A DNA stretch of 63,991 bases, the filler included, from Octopus bimaculoides (taxonomy: Eukaryota), in assembly GCF_001194135.2 (NCBI RefSeq). It is 4 parts of 4 records of this genome, joined end to end, with 100 filler letters (N's around TTAATTAATTAA, not from the genome) between each part and the next. Parts side by side here need not be neighbours in the genome. Positions count along the whole stretch, not along the records: positions 19,794 to 43,048 come from NC_068996.1; positions 43,149 to 62,262 come from NC_068995.1; 2 more parts are not named here. One strand, given 5' to 3'. The position numbers were made by a program, and so were the translations under genes. Below the pieces are notes generated by a model. It ran no database searches and was not told the DNA's origin. It saw only the letters and a program-made list of their open reading frames with translations. Position 1 is the stretch's first letter; each line of letters begins with the position of its first letter. Shown here one piece after another: positions 37,515 through 50,348 of the stretch.

Positions 37515-37923
37515 TAAAACCATAAGAGTGGGATACTCAACATTGAAAAATGTAGGTAATATCATTTCCTCTATAAATAATAAGAAATTAAATAATTATT
37601 ATAATAGCATAATAAATAATAGCTCTTGCCATAATATAACCGATAGTGATAGAAGTCTTAATCAACATATAGAAAAATGTTCATGTTGTGATAAGACTAA
37701 ATGTAAGCTCTCTAATAATTGTAATATCGATAATGTAATTTATAAATGTATAGTTAGCCCTAAGAACAATAATGATAAAATTATAAATAAGGTTTATATT
37801 GGATCAACAGCTAATGAAATTAAAAAAAGAATATCTCAACACTACCAGACCTTTAAAAATCCCAATTTAAGTAGGTCCACAGACTTAAGTAAATATATAT
37901 ATGGGAATTTATCATCGTTTTAA
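37515..37923 (+). mobile_element. Penelope-like element fragment: GIY-YIG endonuclease
   Basis: CSC...KCKLSNNCNIDNVIYKCIV...KVYIGSTANEIKKRISQH...F...STDLSKYIY: Cys cluster, VIY/YIG, R, H and LSKY motifs of PLE endonucleases. Confidence 0.9.
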
Positions 37924-38265
37924 TCACCATTTTAATACCAGCAACAAAAGGAAGATATGTATTTGAATTTTTCTTGTTATATATCACATTTAAACACAAA
38001 CATTTTTATTCTGGTGTATAATCTTATATCTCACATTCTGTATTTGACATATATTTGGTTTTACATGATTGATATATATATTAATTCATATTTATAATGT
38101 ATAATTTATAAATTCTGATTCTTAATATTACAAAGTATAATTTAAATTTTTAATTTTAATTCTTAATTTTTAATGCTTAATTATATTGCTTATTTTTTAA
38201 AGGGATGTAAAATTAGATATATAATATTTTGAAAAAGAACCTAAAGATGTTTTGGAATAATTGTA

Positions 38266-38383
38266 AATCTGACGATTGCCTATATGTATTTATATATGTA
38301 TATATATATATATATATATGTATACAGTTGTGTATATGTATATATATATATTGTAATCTTCCAATACTGAAACACGTGTAGTT
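38266..38383 (+). ncRNA. Degenerate hammerhead-like motif downstream of the PLE ORF
   Basis: AAT-CTGACGA-[93 nt, largely (AT)n]-GAAAC-ACGT-GTA|GTT. Stem II closure is poor. Confidence 0.45.
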
Positions 38384-38805
38384 CCTTCATATTTAATAAA
38401 TTTAAGTATTAACTAAAGTAGGAGATAATTAATGAAGTATATTATATACTCTGTTAGTAATTTTGGTTATATCCTTTACGTATTATTTCGTGATGTGCAC
38501 ACTGATACCATGAGTTTACTGTCAGGTATACTCATTAGGTTATTTTTGTATTATCAGAAATAGAATACTCGCATATCGATTAATCCCCCAAAATTGAATT
38601 AATATTGACTTTTATCAGATACTTTGTGTATTTATAAATAAATATATAAATATATGATAAATAAGACCCCATGGTATGATATGTAGAGGCATATAATGCT
38701 GAAGGGTTGTACCTGATTGATTTTGAAAATTGTTTTCCCAAATTATTTAAATATATGTATGTATATATATATATGTGTGTGTGCATATGTATATATATGT
38801 ATATT

Positions 38806-38848
<43 letters not shown>

Positions 38849-38894
38849 GTGTGTGTGTGTGTGTGTATAGTTAGATAGATAGATAGATAGATAG

Positions 38895-39199
38895 ATAGAT
38901 ACATTTCTTTTATTAGCCACACAGGGCTCAACAAAGATGGGACAAATACAATGTAGAGCTTTTCTTTTTGGGAGGGGGAAGGAAAAAAAAAATAGGGGTG
39001 TGTCGATCAAAAGGGATCGTAGGACGAGAAAAAGGGGGGAGTTCGATCAAAAGGGGTCGAGAAAAAAAAAAGCGATCAATAGGGATCGTGTATCACAGTA
39101 ATATTCTCGTGTAAAAAGAGGGGAGGACAGTTTAGGTTTAGCCGGGGAGAGAAAAGCCTACGGGAAAGACCACGGTAACCTTGGTCAATATTGTCATTG
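38895..39199 (-). mobile_element. LINE-like 3' end inserted at (ATAG)n
   Basis: Minus-strand end ...GAGCCCTGTGTGGCTAATAAAGAAAT followed by (ATCT)n; the same terminus occurs at 63922-63991. Confidence 0.6.
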
Positions 39200-39299
39200 N
39201 NNNNNNNNNNNNNNNNNNNNNNNNNNNNNNNNNNNNNNNNNNNNNNNNNNNNNNNNNNNNNNNNNNNNNNNNNNNNNNNNNNNNNNNNNNNNNNNNNNN

Positions 39300-39332
<33 letters not shown>

Positions 39333-39350
39333 CAGATATAGATATATATA

Positions 39351-39785
39351 CAGGTTTATTCAAAAAGAATGAACCAATTTCATTATACAATATTTTAATA
39401 AGGAAAAGCAATAGAAAACTCCAGCTAAGTCACAAGTATTTACTTACAATCAACTTTTATTTCCTGTCTTACAAGTGTCCAGTGTGGCCACCACCTGCAG
39501 CACTGGCAACATCAATGCAATAAGAGAATTCCTCTCAAACGCGTACCTGCATATAATGATCCACTGTGTGAGATTTTTTCTTGTGGGGATATGTAAAAGA
39601 TCACGTTTATGTTCCACCACTACCCACTAACCTCAATGACCTTAAACATCAAATAACAACAACAATCAACTCAATGGATTGTGATATGCTAATACACGTC
39701 TGAGAGGAATTCTCTTATCACATTAATGTTGCCCATGCTGCAGGTGGTGGCCACATTGAACACTTGTGAGACAGGAAATAAAAGT
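39351..39785 (+). mobile_element. Tc1/mariner-derived foldback MITE with transposase C-terminal remnant
   Basis: Starts TA|CAGG. The interior translates FLWGYVKDHVYVPPLPTNLNDLKHQI...GGHIEHL*. 39453-39545 is an inverted copy of 39693-39785. The right end lies in the gap. Confidence 0.85.
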
Positions 39786-40429
39786 NNNNNNNNNNNNNNN
39801 NNNNNNNNNNNNNNNNNNNNNNNNNNNNNNNNNNNNNNNNNNNNNNNNNNNNNNNNNNNNNNNNNNNNNNNNNNNNNNNNNNNNNNNNNNNNNNNNNNNN
39901 NNNNNNNNNNNNNNNNNNNNNNNNNNNNNNNNNNNNNNNNNNNNNNNNNNNNNNNNNNNNNNNNNNNNNNNNNNNNNNNNNNNNNNNNNNNNNNNNNNNN
40001 NNNNNNNNNNNNNNNNNNNNNNNNNNNNNNNNNNNNNNNNNNNNNNNNNNNNNNNNNNNNNNNNNNNNNNNNNNNNNNNNNNNNNNNNNNNNNNNNNNNN
40101 NNNNNNNNNNNNNNNNNNNNNNNNNNNNNNNNNNNNNNNNNNNNNNNNNNNNNNNNNNNNNNNNNNNNNNNNNNNNNNNNNNNNNNNNNNNNNNNNNNNN
40201 NNNNNNNNNNNNNNNNNNNNNNNNNNNNNNNNNNNNNNNNNNNNNNNNNNNNNNNNNNNNNNNNNNNNNNNNNNNNNNNNNNNNNNNNNNNNNNNNNNNN
40301 NNNNNNNNNNNNNNNNNNNNNNNNNNNNNNNNNNNNNNNNNNNNNNNNNNNNNNNNNNNNNNNNNNNNNNNNNNNNNNNNNNNNNNNNNNNNNNNNNNNN
40401 NNNNNNNNNNNNNAGGCTGTGAAAGATAG

Positions 40430-40970
40430 AACATTTATAAATAGAAGGTCTTACAGCTATTTCCAGGATATTATAAATAGAAGGTCTTACAGCTATTTCA
40501 TCGGAGATGGTGTGAGAAAATGGTTAAGCAATAGTTATTCTTGATAAGATATGAAATAGAGAGCGAAGTGGAGGAATGAAAATAGACGTGAGATATGCAG
40601 GGATATTGTATCTCCAGTTCCATTATTTAATTAGAATGGTATATATATAAGATTCTAGTGCCATTCTGCCTAAATAATGGATCTACAGATGCAATATCCC
40701 TGCATATCTCATGTCTATTTTCATTCCTCCATTTCACTCTCTGTTTCATATCTTATCTAGAATAACTATTGCTTAACCATTTTCTCACACCATCTCTGAT
40801 GAAGGGGATATATAAAATATCCTGGAAACAGCTGTAAGACTCTACTAATATAAGAGTGGGATACTCAACATCAAGAAATATAGGCAATATCATTTCTTCT
40901 ATAACTTAAAAGAAATTAAATAATTATTATAATAGCATAATAAATATTAGCTCTAGCCATAATATAACCC
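40430..40970. mobile_element. Penelope-like element inverted pLTR pair plus ORF remnant
   Basis: ~140-bp inverted arms (40501-40639 / 40661-40799). The right arm ends in a hammerhead motif, and 40850-40970 is homologous to PLE ORF DNA at 37521-37640. Confidence 0.8.
40793..40839 (+). ncRNA. Type I hammerhead-like motif in PLE pLTR
   Basis: TCT-CTGATGA-AGG-GGATAT(ATAAA)ATATCC-TG-GAAAC-AGCT-GTA|AGA. Core intact; stem II closure non-canonical. Confidence 0.6.
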
Positions 40971-40984
40971 TTGGGTTAGGGTAT

Positions 40985-42290
40985 GTGTTGTTATGGATAG
41001 ACATGTCTTTTGCATCACTACGTAGTGCCAGACAGTATGATCTTTGTCATCTCCGTAAGGTACAGCAACTTCTGATCAGCCTTTACATTTCATCCCAAGT
41101 CTTCCTTAGTCTCACTCTCTCATTAACTTGGAATGTTCAGTATGCCCATAGCGCCACTGTCTTCTTTCTTGTACGCACCTGACTCCCCTTATATCCAGTT
41201 TTTCTCTCAGCTCATTTGTACTTTGTCATTCAAGCTCACTAATATTACATACCCATTGGAGCATGTTAGCATCATTTATCTTTTTAGCCTTCTCAAGTCC
41301 TTTACATGCAAGACCTATGTCTCACTACCATGCATCATTACAGTTCTAATACTACCATGCATCATTACAGTTCTAATACAAGTTTTATACATAATAGCTC
41401 CTTTCATTTTCTCCAGCTTGTTCTTACTCTGACTGCTGTACTTTTAGAGCAATCATCTCCCTTGTTAATTACATCACCTAGGTTATGGAATCTATCAATG
41501 ACTTCTAGCACGTCAGCTGGGTATTCAAGAGAGTTTGTTTCCTAAGTGCTCTGGTACATATTGCTCCAGTACATATGAAGCATTCCTTCTGTATTAGTCT
41601 GCCTGTGATTCCATTACATCTCTAATGTCTTCATAGCTTATACAGGGTACAATACACGGAGTTTATACCTACCCCTTTTCTGCAATCAAGCAAGGCTATT
41701 TCCCTGAGGATATCACAGTCTGGTCTTTTTTCCTGCTTACTGAAACCTCTGTTTTGCTAAGACCTTTCAGTTCCAGATTTAGCTTCCATGTTGAAAACTT
41801 TCTTTCTAATTCCCCTCAAGATTCAACTAGATCAGCAGCATATTGGAGTTCCCATGAATAGCCAGTCTTAAACTCCTTTATGAGGCCTTTAGGATAACAA
41901 TGAATAGGAGAGGTCAGAGGATTGAGCCTTGATAAATCTTTGCTTTCATTTATATGAACTCTTTCATGGATCAGTTGTGCCATGGCCCTCTCTGTAACTT
42001 TCATAACTTAGTCCAACAATTTGATGCCTCTATAACTTCCACTCTCTAAGACATTTCCTTTGTTCTTATTCCAGCTTACAATGGTACTGCTATGCCAGAC
42101 ACATAATCCTCCCTGAATTTCTTGATTAACTATTTTTGGTGATTATACTACTTTGCCAGATACTTTGAGCATCCTTAAACCACCAGCTTTCCCTACATTC
42201 ATGCCCTTAATCATTTTATCTCTCATGCTGCTGTCAACTCAAATTGCTGGTTCTTCTGTAGGGTCACCATTTATCCCTTAGACAGTTGCA
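40985..42290 (-). mobile_element. Decayed RTE-clade LINE (RT and C-terminal regions, internally deleted)
   Basis: Translated remnants: KGNVLESGSYRGIKLLD*VMKVTERAMAQLIHERV; WELQYAADL (YADD-like); LELKGLSKTEV; MLQWVCNIS...ELREKLDIRGVRCVQERR.WRYGH. Confidence 0.85.
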
Positions 42291-42318
42291 TAACTTCTAA
42301 CTCATAATTTCTCTCTCC

Positions 42319-42372
<54 letters not shown>

Positions 42373-42491
42373 TAATCCCTCATTATATCATGGTTTATTA
42401 TTTAAGCTTACATTGATTCCTCTGTGGTGTTGTTTTGCATTTATAATAAAATAAATATATAGAAATTATAAAAATAATTTTAAAAAATATA

Positions 42492-42579
42492 CAGTACACT
42501 ACTGTTTCTACTTTACAGATTTTCACCTATCATCGGGTGCTTTGGAACATGACACTCACAGTAGTCGAGGGCTTTACTG
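42492..42579 (-). mobile_element. Short Tigger/pogo-like MITE remnant
   Basis: Reverse-complement homologue of 9993-10076, with TA flanks. Confidence 0.6.
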
Positions 42580-42772
42580 TATATAAAATTTAATTAGAGG
42601 CTGTGTTAACCTCATGAAGTGATGGTTTCATCCAAGGAAATACTGGTTCAATACTAGTATTTTTGGGCAATTAATTTCCTTAAAATAATAGGTATATGTA
42701 AAAATATATAGTTTATATTCATTTAAAAGAAGACGAAAATGGAGACTGGGAAGTTAATAATTGTTTATTATA

Positions 42773-42966
42773 GGCGTAGGAGTGGCTGTGTGGTAAGTAG
42801 CTTGCTTACGAACCACATGGTTCCAGGTTCAGTCCCACTGCATGGCACCTTGGGCAAGTGTCTTCTACTATAGCACCTTGGGCAAGTGTCTTCTACTATA
42901 GCCTCGAGCCAACCAAAGCCTTGTGAGTAGATTTGGTAGATGCAAATTGAAAGAAGGCCGTCGTAT
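42773..42966 (+). mobile_element. Family W tRNA-derived SINE with an internal 28-bp tandem duplication
   Basis: GGCGTAGGAGTGGCTGTGTGGTAAG A box, GGTTCAGTCCC B box; ACCTTGGGCAAGTGTCTTCTACTATAGC occurs twice. Confidence 0.9.
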
Positions 42967-42986
42967 ATATGTATATATATATGTGT

Positions 42987-43048
<62 letters not shown>

Positions 43049-43148
43049 NNNNNNNNNNNNNNNNNNNNNNNNNNNNNNNNNNNNNNNNNNNNTTAATTAA
43101 TTAANNNNNNNNNNNNNNNNNNNNNNNNNNNNNNNNNNNNNNNNNNNN

Positions 43149-43242
43149 CATACATACATATATACATACATGCATACATTTGTACATACATACATACATA
43201 TATACATACATACATATATACATACATACATACATTTGTACA

Positions 43243-43304
<62 letters not shown>

Positions 43305-43432
43305 CATATATACATACATACATACATACATATATACATACATACATATATACATACATACATACATACATTTGTACATACATACATACATACATACATA
43401 CATACATTTGTACATACATACATACATACATA
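43149..43432. repeat. (TACA)n microsatellite
   Basis: Direct reading. Confidence 0.95.
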
Positions 43433-43777
43433 CTACATTCAGGAAATCAACCACCACCATCTCCACCACCACCACCACAACCATCACCACCATCATCATA
43501 ACCATCATCACCAACCACCATCGTCACCACCACTGCCATCTCCACCACCTCCACCACCATCACCACCACCACCACCACCACAATCATCATCGTCGTCGTC
43601 GTCATCGTCATCGTCGTCATCGTCGTCGTCGTCATCGTCATCATCTCATTACATTTCATCGTCGTCTATCTCTCTCTCATATTTCATAAGTTATTTACTG
43701 CCAATCTCTAAATGACACTGCAATAACTTTATTATTACTGTTCTTTTCTATCCTGCAAAATGAGAGTTGGCTTAATT

Positions 43778-43875
43778 AGTGAGGCGGCGGTGCAGGCCCA
43801 TAAACCTACCACTCCGTCTTGTGTTTTATGGTTTCCTTGATTACGCGTGTAACATTAGACGTTAGCCAATGGGAA
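43778..43875. promoter_or_regulatory. Possible promoter-like CpG cluster
   Basis: GAGGCGGCGG GC-box-like motif, several CpGs and CCAAT at 43866-43870, at the edge of the CpG-depleted domain. Confidence 0.2.
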
Positions 43876-44243
43876 TATGGTACCATGTGTGTGTGTGTGT
43901 GTGTGTATGTGTGTGTGTGTGTGTATGTGTGTGTATGTGTGTGTATGTGTGTGTGTGTATGTGTGTGTATGTGTGTGTGTGTACGTACGCTGTGTACATT
44001 TAAGTTGAAATGCAAAGAAGCACAAACATATATTGTCTTTATATGATACGTATTAATATATGTGCGTTTGTGATACATATATACTTTCCATGCATACATA
44101 CATACATACATACATACATAAATACGTATGCACACAAACGCACAGATGCGAACATACACACACACACAAATAGATATAAACATATACAGATACACAGACG
44201 AATTAGAAAAGCAAGAAGCAAAAATTAAATGCAACACAATACA

Positions 44244-44282
<39 letters not shown>

Positions 44283-45091
44283 NNNNNNNNNNNNNNNNNN
44301 NNNNNNNNNNNNNNNNNNNNNNNNNNNNNNNNNNNNNNNNNNNNNNNNNNNNNNNNNNNNNNNNNNNNNNNNNNNNNNNNNNNNNNNNNNNNNNNNNNNN
44401 NNNNNNNNNNNNNNNNNNNNNNNNNNNNNNNNNNNNNNNNNNNNNNNNNNNNNNNNNNNNNNNNNNNNNNNNNNNNNNNNNNNNNNNNNNNNNNNNNNNN
44501 NNNNNNNNNNNNNNNNNNNNNNNNNNNNNNNNNNNNNNNNNNNNNNNNNNNNNNNNNNNNNNNNNNNNNNNNNNNNNNNNNNNNNNNNNNNNNNNNNNNN
44601 NNNNNNNNNNNNNNNNNNNNNNNNNNNNNNNNNNNNNNNNNNNNNNNNNNNNNNNNNNNNNNNNNNNNNNNNNNNNNNNNNNNNNNNNNNNNNNNNNNNN
44701 NNNNNNNNNNNNNNNNNNNNNNNNNNNNNNNNNNNNNNNNNNNNNNNNNNNNNNNNNNNNNNNNNNNNNNNNNNNNNNNNNNNNNNNNNNNNNNNNNNNN
44801 NNNNNNNNNNNNNNNNNNNNNNNNNNNNNNNNNNNNNNNNNNNNNNNNNNNNNNNNNNNNNNNNNNNNNNNNNNNNNNNNNNNNNNNNNNNNNNNNNNNN
44901 NNNNNNNNNNNNNNNNNNNNNNNNNNNNNNNNNNNNNNNNNNNNNNNNNNNNNNNNNNNNNNNNNNNNNNNNNNNNNNNNNNNNNNNNNNNNNNNNNNNN
45001 NNNNNNNNNNNNNNNNNNNNNNNNNNNNNNNNNNNNNNNNNNNNNNNNNNNNNNNNNNNNNNNNNNNNNNNNNNNNNNNNNNNNNNNNNNN

Positions 45092-45128
<37 letters not shown>

Positions 45129-45131
<3 letters not shown>

Positions 45132-45420
45132 GCCACATACAGCTAGAATAACCCGGAACAAACTCCTGCAATACGAGGGAAACGAATCGTGCCATACCCA
45201 GCATATAGTTCGGACATAACTCACTTGGATTATTATTTTTTCCGATTAATGGGACACATCCTGTTCTCGCAACACTTCATCAGCCAAGAAGAGGTGGAAA
45301 ATTCTGTGAAGAAGTTCTTCGCATCGAGTTTCAAGAACTGGTATCAAAGAAGAATTAAATATCTGGCAGAAAGCTGGCTTCAGACACTACCTTCAATGCT
45401 AGGCAGTTTAACGAATAAAA
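45129..45420 (+). pseudogene. Mariner (DD34D-type) transposase fragment
   Basis: PHTARITRNKLLQ (frameshift) PYPAYSSDITHLDYYFFRLMGH...F.SQEEVEN.V..FFAS....WY.R.I..LAE.W matches the mariner HPPYSPDLAPSDYHLF region. Confidence 0.9.
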
Positions 45421-45432
45421 ATTATATCAACA

Positions 45433-45506
45433 AACAGCTATGGAACTCGAACCCATATCTCTTGATATAACTCCGGTCAAGTGCGTTACCATTAACATAA
45501 ACTGCC
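45433..45506 (-). pseudogene. tRNA-like cloverleaf (pseudogene or SINE head), anticodon unassignable
   Basis: GGCAGTT/AGCTGTT acceptor stem with G.U pairs, TGG D-loop, CTTGA/TCAAG stem with an 11-nt loop, ATGGG-TTCGAGT-TCCAT T-arm. Confidence 0.5.
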
Positions 45507-45694
45507 TGTCGACAAATTAATCCGCTTTTTAATGAGTTTAAAAAGCGGATTAGTTTGTCGACAGGCAATTTAGCTTAGTGGTAAAGCACTTGGCCTGTAG
45601 ACAAATTTTTCGGTGAAAGAGACAGAATTCATTCGACTAAAAATCGAAGGCGGTGCCCCAGCACAGACGCAGTCAAATAAGTGAAACAAGTAAA

Positions 45695-45734
<40 letters not shown>

Positions 45735-45926
45735 TAGTTCGTTATCAATTATGCTTACGAACCACTGTCTTATTCGATGTGACGTGAGTCCATTTTCATT
45801 ATCAAATAAATTAACTGCATCAAGGACGATATGAAATGTATGTCTGTAATACAGCTTTTTTATGCATACCTCGGAGAACCATTTAATATATGTATATACA
45901 AGTATATACGTAGGCACACACACATA

Positions 45927-45962
<36 letters not shown>

Positions 45963-46285
45963 CTTATATATATACTTAACTTATATGCATATATATACGT
46001 TAATTTCAATGTATAAATATATAAAGAGGCATATATAGAAATATACATACATGTAGATGTATATTTGCATATTCAAATTAATATGCCTCATGTATGTACG
46101 TGTGTGTGTGTCTGTATATATATACATGTATGTATATGCATGTATATATATATATATATATATATGAATGTATGTATTTATATATATATGTATATTTATA
46201 CATATATGTATATTTATACATATATACACGCACATATATACATATGTATATGTGTTTATATGTATGTGTAAGTATATACATACAG

Positions 46286-46361
<76 letters not shown>

Positions 46362-47223
46362 GTTTGTATACACATACATATTTACATACATACCAAGTGG
46401 CATATATATAGCAGTTTATTCGAGAGCCGAGCACTTACCTACCTACCTACCTACCTACCTACCTACCTACTTACCTACCTCATGAAAGCTCATTATTAAA
46501 AATATGACTATAAAAAGCCACAGAAATATCACTTTTAACAGAATCCTCCCTCTCCTACCATCCAACCAGCCAACCAACCCCACCACCCGTCCAACCTACA
46601 GTAAACTGAGCCACTACCACATACCATCCGTATCTCTCATACGGCACACACCCTTCTCTGAAGACTAACATATTCGCACCAGCCCATCGCCTACCTCACA
46701 CATGCTTAGGCTTTGTGAGATTAAACATCTTAAATGACCAGTCTGAGCAACCACTAATGAGAATAGCGAAGACGTCCCAATCCAATATTCTACTTTATTT
46801 ACAATATCCTTCCCGCTCCACCCATGCCATTCTTCCCTGTCAGTTTCTATTAAAGTTTCCTCTTAGAATCTGTTAGAAAGCTGCGGTGGGTGCTTCGTGC
46901 TGATCGTGGTAGAAGTGGCAGTTTTTTATTCTTTTGTCATGGCTTATATATATATATACATATACACAAAACACACACAAACACACATACACACACACAC
47001 ACACAAATACACACACGCTTATATATACATATATATGAATATATATAGATATTTATGTGTATATATATGTATGTATGCGTGTCTATATATATATACATAT
47101 GTGTTTGTGTATGTATATGCGCAAAGTGACATACTCATAGTCAGAAATGGCATGTATATGTATATATAAATATATAGATGTGTATGCTTGTATGTATATA
47201 TATATATTTGTAGGTATGTGTAC

Positions 47224-47275
<52 letters not shown>

Positions 47276-47928
47276 ATTTATACAATATATAGAGAGAGAG
47301 ATAGCGGCGAAACGGTAGAAAGGGTGGAGGATATATTTATCTGCTTTCTAATTCTATTCTATTCTTTGTTTCGTATTTCCTTTCTCTTCTTGTTTCATTA
47401 TCCATATTTTTACTTTCTTAAGTCGTTATTTCTGTTTTTTGTGGCCAGCCTCAATCGAAAAATTGATGAGTTAGACAATAACCAATGAAAAACAAGCACT
47501 AAACATTTTTCTTTCTTTATTTTAATTATTTTTTCCCTTGATTCTGGACAAAATTAGACGTACTTTGCAAAGCAGGCGAATTCTAGCTGATGAATGCTTT
47601 GTGGCTTCATGTTAGACAATATTAGTATTAATAGAAGCTGTCTGTAGAATATTGGTAAAATATCCCAGCAGACCAAATCTGCATCATTAGTTAAGTTCTG
47701 AGAATCGGCCAATTTCTACTAAATATCTCCTTAAGACTGACATTATTTTCTCACCCAATAACGATTTTATGTTATTTATTTTTCATAATCACGACTACTT
47801 AATATTGACTATTTTTCTGTAAACAATATCTGTATAATCTTGGCCGATACAAATGGTGGTTGGTTGGTTATCTAGCCACGACTTTGCATTGCATAGCGAG
47901 AGAGTAAGTAAGGGCAGAGAAGAGATAA

Positions 47929-47992
<64 letters not shown>

Positions 47993-48439
47993 TGGGAGAG
48001 AAACAGAGAGAGAGAGAGAGAGGGATATATATAGAGAGACTGATAAACAGACAGAGGGGTGAGCGAGAGAAAAAGACAGATGGAAGGAAAGCGATAACGT
48101 AAGGTGTAAAGATGAGTGCTTGTACAAGGCTTAGTGGCAGGCAATGGGTAATGAAACGATACACATCCACACACATATACATAGGAACAGAAAGAATCAG
48201 AGATAGGAAGGAGGAGGAGGAAGAGGAGGAGGAAGAGGAGGAGGGGAGGAGGGGAGTAAATGGGGAAGGAGAGTATTTATTCAAACGAATTCGTATTTAA
48301 TTTCATTTTCGTGTAATAAATATTTTTCTTTTGAATATTAGCTTTCGTTTCACTATATTATATACGAACCAACAAATTTAACAAAAGTTAATTCATAATT
48401 ATCGCATGTAGGCTATATTTCCTGTTATTACCTCGTGCT

Positions 48440-48720
48440 GAAGGCACATAGCTTACTGGTTAAGGTATTCAGTTCACGACCGTACAGTGGTGAGTTCGAT
48501 TCCCGGCGACGCGTTGTGTCCTTGAGCAAGACACTTTATTTGACGTTGCTCCAGTCCACTCAGCTGGCAAAAATGAGTTGTACCTGTATTTCAAAGGGAC
48601 AGCCATATCACATTCTGCGACACACAGAATCTCCCTGAGAACGAAGTTAAGGGTATTCTCTGTCACTTGCATTGATCGGATCAGCTGCCTTGTCTCCCTG
48701 CGGACATTTGACAACCCGTG
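48440..48720 (+). mobile_element. SINE (head Y + tail P)
   Basis: GAGTTCGATTCCCGG B box and CORE-like segment, then TTTCAAAGGG...GAATCTCCCTGAGAAC tail P. Confidence 0.8.
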
Positions 48721-50311
48721 TTGGTTTTTTTTTTACTGGTTCCTGCAATTTAGTGGTTCAACGAAAGGGTCTACTATTACAAGCAACAGGCTTTAAAATG
48801 TGTTTTAGAGTCGATCTCTAAAATCTCTGTCTCTTGTGCCACTGCATGACTGCCGTCTAATGACTGAAGACAGCAAAAGATAACAGATAAAAAAAAAAGT
48901 ATAAATAATGACCATACAAAACAACTGAAAAGGCTGGAAATTTAGTCAGGAATCCGTTAATAAAATTTCCTATTTGGAAATTACAGAGCAATTGTCTTGA
49001 AATAATCCCTCAAAAAACGATTTAAATATGTTGTAAAAAAAAAAGATTGTATTAGAAATGGTGAATTATCGAAAAGAAAATCTTTATATCATCGACTGTA
49101 ATTTAGAGAATGAAATGCTCCTGGCCTAAAATTCTAAGCTATTCAGGCTTCAACTCTGTTCAATAATTACAGAAGAGGGAGTGGCCCTAGTTGTTGTTGT
49201 TGTTGTTGGTGGTGGTGGTGATGGTTATGGTGGTAGCCGTGAAGTGTTGTCTGATGGTTTAGTGTAGAGTTGATGAAATGGTGGCTGTGAGGAAATTGTA
49301 TGATTCCTTGGTGTGTATGTGTGTGTTCATGCGTTTATGCGTGTATGGGTGTATGTGCAAGTGTGAAGTATAAAATTGTAAGGACGTCCTTATTAATATC
49401 TCTTTACATTAAAAAAATGCTTACATGACGCAACACGCCTCCTTAACTAACGGCCCACGCACACACACACACACACCCACACACACACACCCACACACAC
49501 CCACACCCACACACACACACACACACACATACTGGGTGGGCCAGAAGTCACGAGCAAAATAGGTTCAATACGCTCCGGAATTGTCAAAGACTTGTTTCTA
49601 TTTCTCTAAAATAAAATAATGATGGATACACACGCTCTTATACACGATGAACAATAGGAATAATAACGATTTCAAATTTTGTCACAGGGCCAGCAATATC
49701 TGCAAGGGATAACAGTTAATTTGATTNNNNNNNNNNNNNNNNNNNNNNNNNNNNNNNNNNNNNNNNNNNNNNNNNNNNNNNNNNNNNNNNNNNNNNNNNN
49801 NNNNNNNNNNNNNNNNNNNNNNNNNNNNNNNNNNNNNNNNNNNNNNNNNNNNNNNNNNNNNNNNNNNNNNNNNNNNNNNNNNNNNNNNNNNNNNNNNNNN
49901 NNNNNNNNNNNNNNNNNNNNNNNNNNNNNNNNNNNNNNNNNNNNNNNNNNNNNNNNNNNNNNNNNNNNNNNNNNNNNNNNNNNNNNNNNNNNNNNNNNNN
50001 NNNNNNNNNNNNNNNNNNNNNNNNNNNNNNNNNNNNNNNNNNNNNNNNNNNNNNNNNNNNNNNNNNNNNNNNNNNNNNNNNNNNNNNNNNNNNNNNNNNN
50101 NNNNNNNNNNNNNNNNNNNNNNNNNNNNNNNNNNNNNNNNNNNNNNNNNNNNNNNNNNNNNNNNNNNNNNNNNNNNNNNNNNNNNNNNNNNNNNNNNNNN
50201 NNNNNNNNNNNNNNNNNNNNNNNNNNNNNNNATGCAGTCGCTCAAGGTTGACTCGGGTTGTTGGAGTTGCCGAAGAGCAGCGCGACACTCGCGGTGCCAT
50301 TCGCCCTTCCT

Positions 50312-50348
<37 letters not shown>

